Shown: in pieces, positions 56,584 to 64,000 of the stretch | Layout of the letters: the number at the start of each line of letters is the position of its first letter | How positions within the stretch are numbered: position 1 is the stretch's first letter | NCBI GenBank assembly: GCA_944332265.1 | Contig: CALVJQ010000004.1 | Location: 1,840-65,839 of the forward strand | DNA: 64,000 nucleotides | Direction: 5' to 3' | From: an uncultured Bacilli bacterium | Lineage (GTDB): Bacteria > Bacillota_I > Bacilli_A > RF39 > UBA660 | Notes under the pieces: model-generated | The model's input: only the letters and a program-made list of their open reading frames with translations | Told to the model about the DNA's origin: nothing | The model's database searches: none | Program-made: the position numbers and the translations under genes

Positions 56584-57327
56584 CTACACTTCATCTTCTA
56601 AGACAAATTTATTTAAACGATGTACTAAACTAACACATCTTAAAGAATTTAAACTTAAAAATATTGAAATAACTATAACAATTATATATTTAATATAAAC
56701 ATAACCTTCTATACTAATATTTGCTGTATTTAAAAATTTAACTTTAACTAATAATTTAAAAATATCTTGATAATTATTTACTAAAGCAAATAAAACAATA
56801 GCTATTATAATATAAAAGACAATATTCCATATCACAATAAAGATATCATATATATAAATATTCATTTTATTTAAATATTTATATTTAAAGACTCCTTTTA
56901 TAGCACCTCTTATATTACCTCTAACTAATAAACAAAATAATAATAAAATTAAAAAACCTATTACATAAAAAATAACTGTATTACCTGTTCTTGAAATAAT
57001 ATTTAAGAAAAAGCTCTTTACTGCTTCTATCCATCCTGTAAAATAAAGTAACGAAAAAATAATACCTCCTAATACCAATATATCAATTATTGAACTAAAA
57101 AAACTTCTAACTCCCGTTCTTACACAAGCTCCTACTATTCCTATTTCATTTTTTATTCTCGAAGAATCACTAGTTCCAATATCTTTATCATTATCTTTAT
57201 CAAAGTCATAACTAACTAAATTATTTAAAGAATTTAAACTATCTTTTAAAACATAATTACTATTTTTAACTTTAGTAGTAGTTTCATTTTTATTTTTACT
57301 ATTTTTTTCTATCTTAATTATTCCCAT
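56584..57327 (-). CDS. multi-pass membrane protein, unknown function
   Basis: 247 aa. Asn/Lys-rich N-terminus followed by 4-5 hydrophobic helices. Confidence 0.5.
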   Translation of the reverse strand: MGIIKIEKNSKNKNETTTKVKNSNYVLKDSLNSLNNLVSYDFDKDNDKDIGTSDSSRIKNEIGIVGACVRTGVRSFFSSIIDILVLGGIIFSLLYFTGWIEAVKSFFLNIISRTGNTVIFYVIGFLILLLFCLLVRGNIRGAIKGVFKYKYLNKMNIYIYDIFIVIWNIVFYIIIAIVLFALVNNYQDIFKLLVKVKFLNTANISIEGYVYIKYIIVIVISIFLSLNSLRCVSLVHRLNKFVLEDEV

Positions 57328-57371
57328 ACTACCACTCCATTATCCTTTTAAAGTATAACACAATTAATAAC

Positions 57372-58061
57372 CTATTCCAAATGTATTCGCAATTTTTTTA
57401 TTACTTTCTTTTCTATTCTAGATATATATGACTGACTAATTCCTAATATCTCTGCCACTTCTTTTTGTGTATATTCTTGAGTATTATAAAGTCCATACCT
57501 CATTATCATAATTTTTTTATCACGTTCATTTAATTTATCTAAATAGTTTTTTAATATTTCAATATCAGTTTGTTTCTCATACTCACGATACGTAATATCT
57601 TCATCTTCACTTATAATATCTTCTAAATGTAATTCATTTCCTTCAGCATCATAAGTTAAAGCTTCTTCAAAACTTATATCACTAACTCTTTTTTTATTTT
57701 TACGTAAATACATCAATATTTCATTAGAAATACATCTTGAAGCATATGTTGCTAATCTAATATTTTTATCTATCTTATAAGTATTTATTCCCTTTATTAA
57801 ACCTATCGTTCCAATACTTACAATATCTTCTAAATTATCTAAAGTAGTTTCATACTTCTTAGCAATAAATACGACTAATCTTAAATTATGTTCTATCAAT
57901 TTATTTCTTGCTTTTAAATCTCCCTTTTGCGCTTTAATTAATAAATCCAACTCTTCATTTTTATCAAGAGGAGCTGGTAATACATCACTGCTACCAACAA
58001 AAAAGAATTGATTATACTTTCCAAATAATTTAATTAATATTCTCCTTATAAAATTAAACAT
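57372..58061 (-). CDS. sigE: sporulation sigma factor SigE (pro-sigma-E)
   Basis: Pro-sequence plus FFFVGSSDVLPAPLDKNEE (compare YYIGGSEALPPPL). Regions 2 and 4 are present. Immediately downstream of spoIIGA. Confidence 0.85.
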   Translation of the reverse strand: MFNFIRRILIKLFGKYNQFFFVGSSDVLPAPLDKNEELDLLIKAQKGDLKARNKLIEHNLRLVVFIAKKYETTLDNLEDIVSIGTIGLIKGINTYKIDKNIRLATYASRCISNEILMYLRKNKKRVSDISFEEALTYDAEGNELHLEDIISEDEDITYREYEKQTDIEILKNYLDKLNERDKKIMIMRYGLYNTQEYTQKEVAEILGISQSYISRIEKKVIKKLRIHLE

Positions 58062-58855
58062 TATCTTAATCCCTCCATTATTTTATTATTAATAATACAA
58101 TTAATCCCATCAATAAAAAAATTCTCATCACTAATTCCTACTAAAAATTTATCATAAGATTTACCATCTATCTCTATCCTCCGTGCTTTATAACACTTTA
58201 ATAAACCTTGATTATTTAAACTATGATAAGGAACATACAAAGTAACATAATTCCTACTCTTATCAATTAATTTATCATCTACTAATATTATAGATTTATT
58301 ACTATAAGGATCTTTTAACTTATTTCCAGTATCTAAAAAGGCATTAACTACTAAAACATTATCATCTTCAAAATAAATTTTACAATTATAATAATTACTA
58401 TAGTGATATCCCATTTCTCTAATACTTTTTAAATACTTAATAAAAATAAAAATTCCTAAAATAAAAATAATCCCATAATAATACCCTATATCCTGTTCAG
58501 TAAAAACTAATCCCTTATTACTATAAGCAAATTGATTTTCTAAAAAATATATTCCTCCCCCTAAAAGCATGCTAACTATATAAAAATATGTAATATTTTT
58601 TATTACATATTTAATATCTTTATAACCAAAAGCAACCAATATTATTACTAAAGAACATACTAATTTACTTAAAACAAACACAATATTATTTATTCTTATA
58701 AAAAGTAAAATTATTGTTATATTCCCCATAAAACTCCCTAAAATCAATCTCCATAATTTACTATTTCTTCGTAAAATAAAATTAACACTCATAAGTAATA
58801 TTAAATCCAATACAAAATTTAAAATAATAACTAAATCTATATATATTTTCATCAT
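58061..58855 (-). CDS. spoIIGA: sigma-E processing aspartic peptidase SpoIIGA
   Basis: Five N-terminal TM helices and the catalytic FLDTGNKLKDP motif. Positioned between ftsZ and sigE. Confidence 0.85.
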   Translation of the reverse strand: MMKIYIDLVIILNFVLDLILLMSVNFILRRNSKLWRLILGSFMGNITIILLFIRINNIVFVLSKLVCSLVIILVAFGYKDIKYVIKNITYFYIVSMLLGGGIYFLENQFAYSNKGLVFTEQDIGYYYGIIFILGIFIFIKYLKSIREMGYHYSNYYNCKIYFEDDNVLVVNAFLDTGNKLKDPYSNKSIILVDDKLIDKSRNYVTLYVPYHSLNNQGLLKCYKARRIEIDGKSYDKFLVGISDENFFIDGINCIINNKIMEGLR

Positions 58856-58914
58856 ATCACCATCTTCTTTTTATCATTTTTAATATCCGAAAAAAGTCAA
58901 AAAAAAACGATTTA

Positions 58915-59985
58915 TTAAAAATCGTCTCTATTTCTTAAAAATGGTGGAATATCTACATTATCGAAATCATCATCGTCATTCATATATGAAGTATTCTTAG
59001 GTAAATCATTATCTAAACCGCCACCAATTTGTTCTCTTGCATCATCAAAACCTGTAGCAATTACAGTAACAATTACTTCGTCATTTAAATTCTCATTAAT
59101 AACAGCACCAAATATTGTATTAATATCAGTATTAGCGGCATTTCTAACAACTTCAGCAGCATCTTCAGCTTCAAATAAAGTTAAAGAATTACCACCAGTA
59201 ATATTAATAATTGCATCAGTCGCTCCATCAATTGTTGTTTCAAGAAGTGGTGATGAAACGGCTTGTTTAGCTGCTTCTATCGCTCTATCTTCACCAACAC
59301 CAATTCCTATACCTATTATCGCATTACCACGATTTTGCATTACTGCCTTAACATCAGCAAAATCCAAGTTAACTAAACCAGATACAGCAATTAAATCTGA
59401 AATAGATTGTACCCCACGACGTAATACATTATCTACTTCCTTAAATGCTTCCACAATAGGTGTTGTTCTATCAATCATATCTCTTAAACGATCATTTGGA
59501 ATAACAATAATTGTATCAACATGTTTTTTTAATTCCTCAAGACCAACCTCAGCTTGTTCCATTCTTTTACGACCTTCAAATTTAAAAGGTTTTGTAACAA
59601 TAGCAACAGTCAAAGCTCCTTGTTCTTGAGCAATTTCAGCAACTATAGGTGCTGCTCCAGTTCCTGTTCCACCACCTAAGCCACAAGTAACGAAAATCAT
59701 ATCAGCTCCAGCTAAGGCTTCTTCAATCTCTGATTTACTTTCTAAAGCCGCTTGACGACCTACTTCTGGATCAGCTCCTGCTCCCAATCCTTCTGTAATA
59801 TTCTTTCCTATTTGTAATTTAGTTTCCGCATTACTAACATTTAATACTTGTAAATCCGTATTTGCAACAATGAAATCAACGCCACCTACACCAGACTCAA
59901 TCATTCTATTAACGGCATTACAACCACCGCCACCTACACCAATAACTTTAATCTTAGCTATTTGATCTCTTGTTAAATCGTGCAT
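58915..59985 (-). CDS. ftsZ: cell division protein FtsZ
   Basis: Tubulin signature [22 protein letters not shown], and C-terminal DIPPFLR. The ATG follows AGGAGGA by 6 nt; the track ORF extends to 60003. Confidence 0.95.
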   Translation of the reverse strand: MHDLTRDQIAKIKVIGVGGGGCNAVNRMIESGVGGVDFIVANTDLQVLNVSNAETKLQIGKNITEGLGAGADPEVGRQAALESKSEIEEALAGADMIFVTCGLGGGTGTGAAPIVAEIAQEQGALTVAIVTKPFKFEGRKRMEQAEVGLEELKKHVDTIIVIPNDRLRDMIDRTTPIVEAFKEVDNVLRRGVQSISDLIAVSGLVNLDFADVKAVMQNRGNAIIGIGIGVGEDRAIEAAKQAVSSPLLETTIDGATDAIINITGGNSLTLFEAEDAAEVVRNAANTDINTIFGAVINENLNDEVIVTVIATGFDDAREQIGGGLDNDLPKNTSYMNDDDDFDNVDIPPFLRNRDDF

Positions 59986-59999
59986 TTCAAATCCTCCTA

Positions 60000-61238
60000 T
60001 CAACCATTAAAAATATACCCGAACAACTTTCCAATTACGCTTTCATTTTGTGTGTTTAAATTAGCGCCACTTAACACTTGTTGTTCATCTATTGAAAATA
60101 TCGAATAATCTTTGTTTTTTAATTTTGCATTATAAGCATAATATTTAAGTAAGCCTAAACATGAACTATATTTATTGTTACGAACTCCTATTTCCAAAAT
60201 ATTACCAATAGTGACTTCATTACCAAAAACTTCATGTAAAATTAAATTAAAATCTTTTAATTCCGTTAAGCCTCCTGTAAATATTATATAACTTATTTCT
60301 TTTTTTGTTAAGTGATTTATCTCTTTCTTACTTAAATTAAGTATCTCACTAAGCCTACTCATAACTATTTCGCTAATTTCAAACTGATTAATTTTAATGC
60401 TTTCTGAAGAATTATTTAATACTTCTACAACATCAGTTGCTTGTGCCATATTCTTATGGGCTAAAGCAAACTCCTCCTTTAATCTTTTAGCTGTTTCTAA
60501 AGGTATCTTATAAATATAAGATATATCATTATCTATATTTCTTCCACCTAATAAAGAAACACTTGAATTAGTTAATACCCCTTTATTAAAGATTGAAACA
60601 GTAGTCGTTTCATCACCTAAATCAATAACAACTCCTACTTTCTTATCCGTCTCTTTATTCTTAAATTCAAAATAATCGCCTATTGCTGAAATAGTAATAT
60701 CTAAAACATCAATTCCCATTCTCTCTAAACAAGCAAGGACAGGATATATATTCTTTTTAGGAGCCAAAACCATAACCCCTCTTACTGACAAAATCTTTGA
60801 AGTTAATCCTTTAGGATCTTTAACAACTCGATTATCATCTAAAGAAAAGCTAGTTGGCATCATCGAAATATATTCAAGATCATTGTTTCTTCGTCCTTTA
60901 ATTGCTTTTTGAACAACTCTTACAATATCATGTCCTTCAATCATATTTCCTTCATTAGTGATTGCAACACTACCATTAACAACTTGAAACTCTACATTAT
61001 TAGATGGTACAGACACAATTAGTTGTCTAATCTTAAGACCGATTATTTCTTCACATTTTTGTATAACATTTTTTAATGGTTCTAACAGGTAATTTGGTTC
61101 TTCAACTATTCCGTTTTTCACTCCTTTCGAAGGAGCTTCAGCAACAGCCAAAATATTAAGTTTCCTTTTAACCATTTCACCTACTACGCATTTTACGGTA
61201 TCAGAGCCAACATCTAAACAAGCCATTATCTTACGCAT
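60000..61238 (-). CDS. ftsA: cell division protein FtsA
   Basis: Actin-like ATPase ([31 protein letters not shown]). Directly upstream of ftsZ. Start taken at MRKIMA; the track start is 61247. Confidence 0.9.
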   Translation of the reverse strand: MRKIMACLDVGSDTVKCVVGEMVKRKLNILAVAEAPSKGVKNGIVEEPNYLLEPLKNVIQKCEEIIGLKIRQLIVSVPSNNVEFQVVNGSVAITNEGNMIEGHDIVRVVQKAIKGRRNNDLEYISMMPTSFSLDDNRVVKDPKGLTSKILSVRGVMVLAPKKNIYPVLACLERMGIDVLDITISAIGDYFEFKNKETDKKVGVVIDLGDETTTVSIFNKGVLTNSSVSLLGGRNIDNDISYIYKIPLETAKRLKEEFALAHKNMAQATDVVEVLNNSSESIKINQFEISEIVMSRLSEILNLSKKEINHLTKKEISYIIFTGGLTELKDFNLILHEVFGNEVTIGNILEIGVRNNKYSSCLGLLKYYAYNAKLKNKDYSIFSIDEQQVLSGANLNTQNESVIGKLFGYIFNG

Positions 61239-61337
61239 TTCCACCACTCCATATTATACTAACCTTAATTATACAAGAATAAGTCTAATAAATCAATAAA
61301 ACTGGCACAAAAACTACATATTTTAGTCTTAAATTAA

Positions 61338-61365
61338 TAAAAAAAAGTAATCTAAAAGATTACTT
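61338..61365 (-). terminator. rho-independent terminator after rplT
   Basis: Stem aagtaatct / agattactt followed by T8 on the minus strand. Overlaps the rplT stop. Confidence 0.6.
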
Positions 61366-61872
61366 TAAAGCTTCTAATAATTCAGCTTTTTTCATTGAAG
61401 TATAACCTTCAATACCTTTTTCTTTAGCTACTTCTTTTAACTCAGCAACAGTCATTGAAGAATAATCTTTTTTATCTTCCTTTTTTACTTCTTTTTTTTC
61501 TACTTTAACTGTTTTACCTTCTAAAGCAGCTTTAGCAACATTAACTAGATTTGTAAAAGCTTCAGTATCATCAATAGCAATAGCACTAAGCATTTTTCTA
61601 TTAACTTCAATACCCGCTTTAGTTAAACCATTAATGAATTTTGAATAACTAATATCATTTTCTCTACAAGCAGCATTAATTCTTTGAATCCATAATTTTC
61701 TAAAATTTCTTTTATTTTGTCTTCTATCTCTAAATGCATAAACTCCACTATGGAAAGTTTGTTCTTGAGCTGTTTTAAATAATCTATGTTTAGAACCAAA
61801 ATAACCTTTAGCTTCTTTTAAAACTTTTCTTCTTCTATTTTTTGCAACATTTCCGCCTTTAACTCTTGTCAT
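61360..61872 (-). CDS. rplT: 50S ribosomal protein L20 with about 50-aa C-terminal extension
   Basis: [26 protein letters not shown]...[12 protein letters not shown] is a canonical L20 core (about 118 aa). It is followed by a K/E linker and [33 protein letters not shown]. Confidence 0.9.
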   Translation of the reverse strand: MTRVKGGNVAKNRRRKVLKEAKGYFGSKHRLFKTAQEQTFHSGVYAFRDRRQNKRNFRKLWIQRINAACRENDISYSKFINGLTKAGIEVNRKMLSAIAIDDTEAFTNLVNVAKAALEGKTVKVEKKEVKKEDKKDYSSMTVAELKEVAKEKGIEGYTSMKKAELLEALK

Positions 61873-61887
61873 GTCTTACTCCCCTTC

Positions 61888-62082
61888 CTAGATGAAATCC
61901 TTTAGACGTTTTGTATCACTTTTAGATAATACGCCTTTATTTCTTCTTTGTCTTACTGCCTTTGCAGAATCTTTTCCAGTTATATGATTACCATTAGATT
62001 TTTTATAAACTAATTGACCATTTTTCTTAGCTTTTAAAACTTTACTAGATGCTTTATGTGTTTTTTGTTTAGTCTTTCCCAT
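61888..62082 (-). CDS. rpmI: 50S ribosomal protein L35
   Basis: MGKTKQKTHKASSKVLKAKKNG is L35-like. Located between infC and rplT. The ATG follows AGAGGAAG; the track start is a TTG at 62088. Confidence 0.85.
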   Translation of the reverse strand: MGKTKQKTHKASSKVLKAKKNGQLVYKKSNGNHITGKDSAKAVRQRRNKGVLSKSDTKRLKDFI

Positions 62083-62105
62083 ATTCAACTTCCTCTTTCT
62101 AAATT

Positions 62106-62633
62106 TTATTTTTTAGGCGCTAATAGCATTATCATCGTACGACCTTCTAACTTAGGTTGTGCTTCAATAGTTGAAACCTCGCTTAATTCTTCAGCAAAAC
62201 GTAACATAACTTCTTTACCTAGTTCAGGGCGATCGATTCTACGTCCCTTAAATCTAATTGAAACTTTAATCTTATGACCTTTAACTAAGTAATCTGAAGC
62301 ATTCTTTTTACGCGTATTAAAATCATGAATATCAATATTAGGACTAAGCTGATATTCTTTAATATCTTTGTTACTTTCTCTTTGCTTCTTTTGTGATTCC
62401 TTAAGTTTCTTTTGTTTTTCGTAACGATATTTGTTATAATCCATAATTTTACCAACTGCTGGTACTGAATTTCCATTCATTAATACTAAATCAAGTCCAG
62501 CATAATTAGCCAAAGTAAGAGCATCAGATAACTTCTTAACTCCCATTTGTTCTCCATTAGGACCAATAACCATTAATTCTGCCACTTTAATTTTATCATT
62601 AATAGGCATTTCATTTTTATCCTTTGCTATAAT
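62106..62633 (-). CDS. infC: translation initiation factor IF-3, probable ATT start
   Basis: INDKIKVAELMVIGPNGEQMG...KIMDYNKYRYE...KEYQLSPNIDIHDF are IF-3 N and C domains. The track ATG at 62666 would translate through the GGAGG (62639..62643). ATT at 62633..62631 lies 5 nt after GGAGG, consistent with the conserved non-AUG infC start. Confidence 0.85.
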   Translation of the reverse strand: MIAKDKNEMPINDKIKVAELMVIGPNGEQMGVKKLSDALTLANYAGLDLVLMNGNSVPAVGKIMDYNKYRYEKQKKLKESQKKQRESNKDIKEYQLSPNIDIHDFNTRKKNASDYLVKGHKIKVSIRFKGRRIDRPELGKEVMLRFAEELSEVSTIEAQPKLEGRTMIMLLAPKK

Positions 62634-62784
62634 AAGCACCTCCACACAATTAAAAAGGGCGAACATCTAGTATCCACCCTTAAAAAACGAAATAAAAATA
62701 ATTTTTATTTAGCTCTTTACCTATCATAACTCACTACAATCAGGTGGATGTGGATACATCGCTTTCTTTTCAATAACAAGATAG
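62634..62784 (-). promoter_or_regulatory. infC-rpmI-rplT leader (candidate L20-responsive leader)
   Basis: About 150-nt untranslated leader between a consensus promoter and infC. It contains complementary segments GTATCCAC(ATCCACC) and GGGTGGATAC (rc of 62743..62757 and 62670..62679) plus an A/T hairpin with a T-run. This is the location of the Firmicutes L20 leader. Confidence 0.45.
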
Positions 62785-62813
62785 ATTATATACTAAAAAT
62801 TTTTAGTTGTCAA
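62785..62813 (-). promoter_or_regulatory. consensus sigma-A promoter of the infC operon
   Basis: On the minus strand: TTGACA (62813..62808), an exactly 17-nt spacer, then TATAAT (62790..62785). Confidence 0.65.
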
Positions 62814-62850
62814 CATTATTTTATGTAAGAATATCTAAAATATTCATTTC

Positions 62851-63984
62851 TTACTTTATTAAAACTTTCTTATATAGAATTTCTCCGTTTTTTACTAACT
62901 TTTCTCGTAAAGATAACGGCATAAATAACATATACTTAATTTTCATATCTTCGGTAAAATATACTCTCAAATGACAAGCTCCTCCATCAGCCAAACGTTC
63001 CATAAAAGCCGGTAAAAAATAATAAGAATCAGGATAATTGAATAAACATTTATGCATATGACCAAAAATGTCAATATAAGAATCTGCTCGAGTTCTTCCT
63101 TGACTTTTATAAAAACTTTCTAATTCTTCTAAAGTTTTTCGTGAATCCAAACCATCTTCATTAAAATGAATATTATAATCAAAATTAAATGGATGATGAA
63201 TAGCAAAACTAGTTAGCAAACTCCTACTACCATTAAAAGTTATCGTACAATGTTCATAACCTAAATTAATAAAATCTTCCCTTTCATCAGCTAACATACC
63301 AATAGGATCTAATCCAAACTTAAACATTTTCTCATCATGATTACCACCAATCACAGCATAATAAATACTATCAGTTTTAGGAATTAAAGAAATAGCTTTT
63401 TCAACACAACTAATATTAGTCATAGCATCATCATATGAAATTTTCCCACTACTCTTACCTTCAAATAAATCTCCTAAATTTAAAACCAAATTAATATTAT
63501 TATCTATACAATAATTATTAATTTTATCAAAACGCTTAATAGTTCCACTATTCATTTCTCTTATTTGAAAATCAGCTGCTAAAAAAATATCATAATACTT
63601 TGTTCCTTCTGGAACTTTTATATCAAAAGTTCCATTTCTAACTACATTAGGTGGTGAAACACTATATTCAGGCTTATCAGCAAAACAATTTCTTACTATA
63701 TTTATTCTTGTTCCTAATTCCTTTATTAATTGATGAACTTCTTCTTTAGTTACTACATATCCTGCCTTATTTAAATCTTTCATTAAATCATTTATATTAG
63801 AAGCTTTTGCTAAAAGATGTTGATACAATAATACTTTAATAGCTTCAGTAGTTTTTATATGCATTTCTCTATTTTGTTCTTCAACTTCATACTTTACAAC
63901 ATACTCTCTTAGCTGTTCAACTAAATTAGACAATTCTAAAGCTTTTTCTTTATAAGAAAGCAATTTATTATTTGTTTCCCCCAA
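62851..63984 (-). CDS. metallophosphoesterase-like protein with N-terminal coiled-coil/helical domain
   Basis: NLGDLFEG (GD), GGNHDE (GNHD/E) and IFGHMH (GHxH) motifs. The first DxH motif is not evident (AADFQ). Length is 377 aa. Confidence 0.6.
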   Translation of the reverse strand: MGETNNKLLSYKEKALELSNLVEQLREYVVKYEVEEQNREMHIKTTEAIKVLLYQHLLAKASNINDLMKDLNKAGYVVTKEEVHQLIKELGTRINIVRNCFADKPEYSVSPPNVVRNGTFDIKVPEGTKYYDIFLAADFQIREMNSGTIKRFDKINNYCIDNNINLVLNLGDLFEGKSSGKISYDDAMTNISCVEKAISLIPKTDSIYYAVIGGNHDEKMFKFGLDPIGMLADEREDFINLGYEHCTITFNGSRSLLTSFAIHHPFNFDYNIHFNEDGLDSRKTLEELESFYKSQGRTRADSYIDIFGHMHKCLFNYPDSYYFLPAFMERLADGGACHLRVYFTEDMKIKYMLFMPLSLREKLVKNGEILYKKVLIK

Positions 63985-64000
63985 TTGTCGAGCTTCCTCT

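Noticed and set aside
1-64000. Alternative genetic code (UGA = Trp, Mollicutes-like), considered because of the very low GC and Mollicutes-like gene content
   Set aside because: TGA terminates well-defined genes at expected lengths (ftsA at 60000..60002, prpC, the HipA-like gene). Trp positions in conserved proteins are TGG. Long ORFs are intact under the standard code.
1-64000. CRISPR arrays, IS elements, prophage or integrase genes, tRNA and rRNA genes
   Set aside because: No regularly spaced direct repeats, no transposase, integrase or recombinase-like ORFs, and no cloverleaf-like or rRNA-like conserved segments were seen in any intergenic region. The only structured RNA found is rnpB.

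Overview
Very AT-rich Firmicutes chromosome segment (roughly 70% or more A+T by eye), standard genetic code (TGA is a stop, e.g. ftsA at 60000-60002, and Trp is TGG). Gene content and synteny look like Bacilli or Erysipelotrichia: gpsB-rnpB with divergent recU-ponA, rodZ-pgsA-recA, dnaD-nth, and rlmN-prpC-prkC-rsgA-rpe. Sporulation genes are also present (spoIIGA-sigE, a CotD-like gene). Almost all genes are on the minus strand. This is mostly core housekeeping DNA: three DNA polymerases within 13 kb (polA, polC, dnaE), ffh/ftsY, recA, rny, rnj, ftsA/ftsZ, infC-rpmI-rplT, and an RNase P RNA. I found no CRISPR array, rRNA, tRNA, IS element or prophage. Three genes missed by the ORF track were found by hand: rpmF (partial), rpmB and rnpB. 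The points most worth a second look are: (1) PolC is 1930 aa, about 490 aa longer than canonical PolC, through several in-frame insertions that do not look like inteins, and it is coupled directly behind dnaE. (2) A terminator-flanked two-gene cassette (HipA-like kinase plus a translationally coupled unknown), together with an extra tmk, is wedged into the normally contiguous ylxM-ffh pair. (3) Ribosomal protein L20 carries a C-terminal Rho_N/HeH-like extension. (4) An 1848-aa pilin/adhesin-like surface protein and a separate 115-aa Cna-B-like fragment both end in an unusual NPET[H/S]D + TM + basic-tail sorting-like signal. (5) Several orphan unknowns interrupt conserved synteny, including a 577-aa HExxH protein and a 207-aa protein between recA and rny. 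All family assignments come from motif recognition by eye. No database search was possible.
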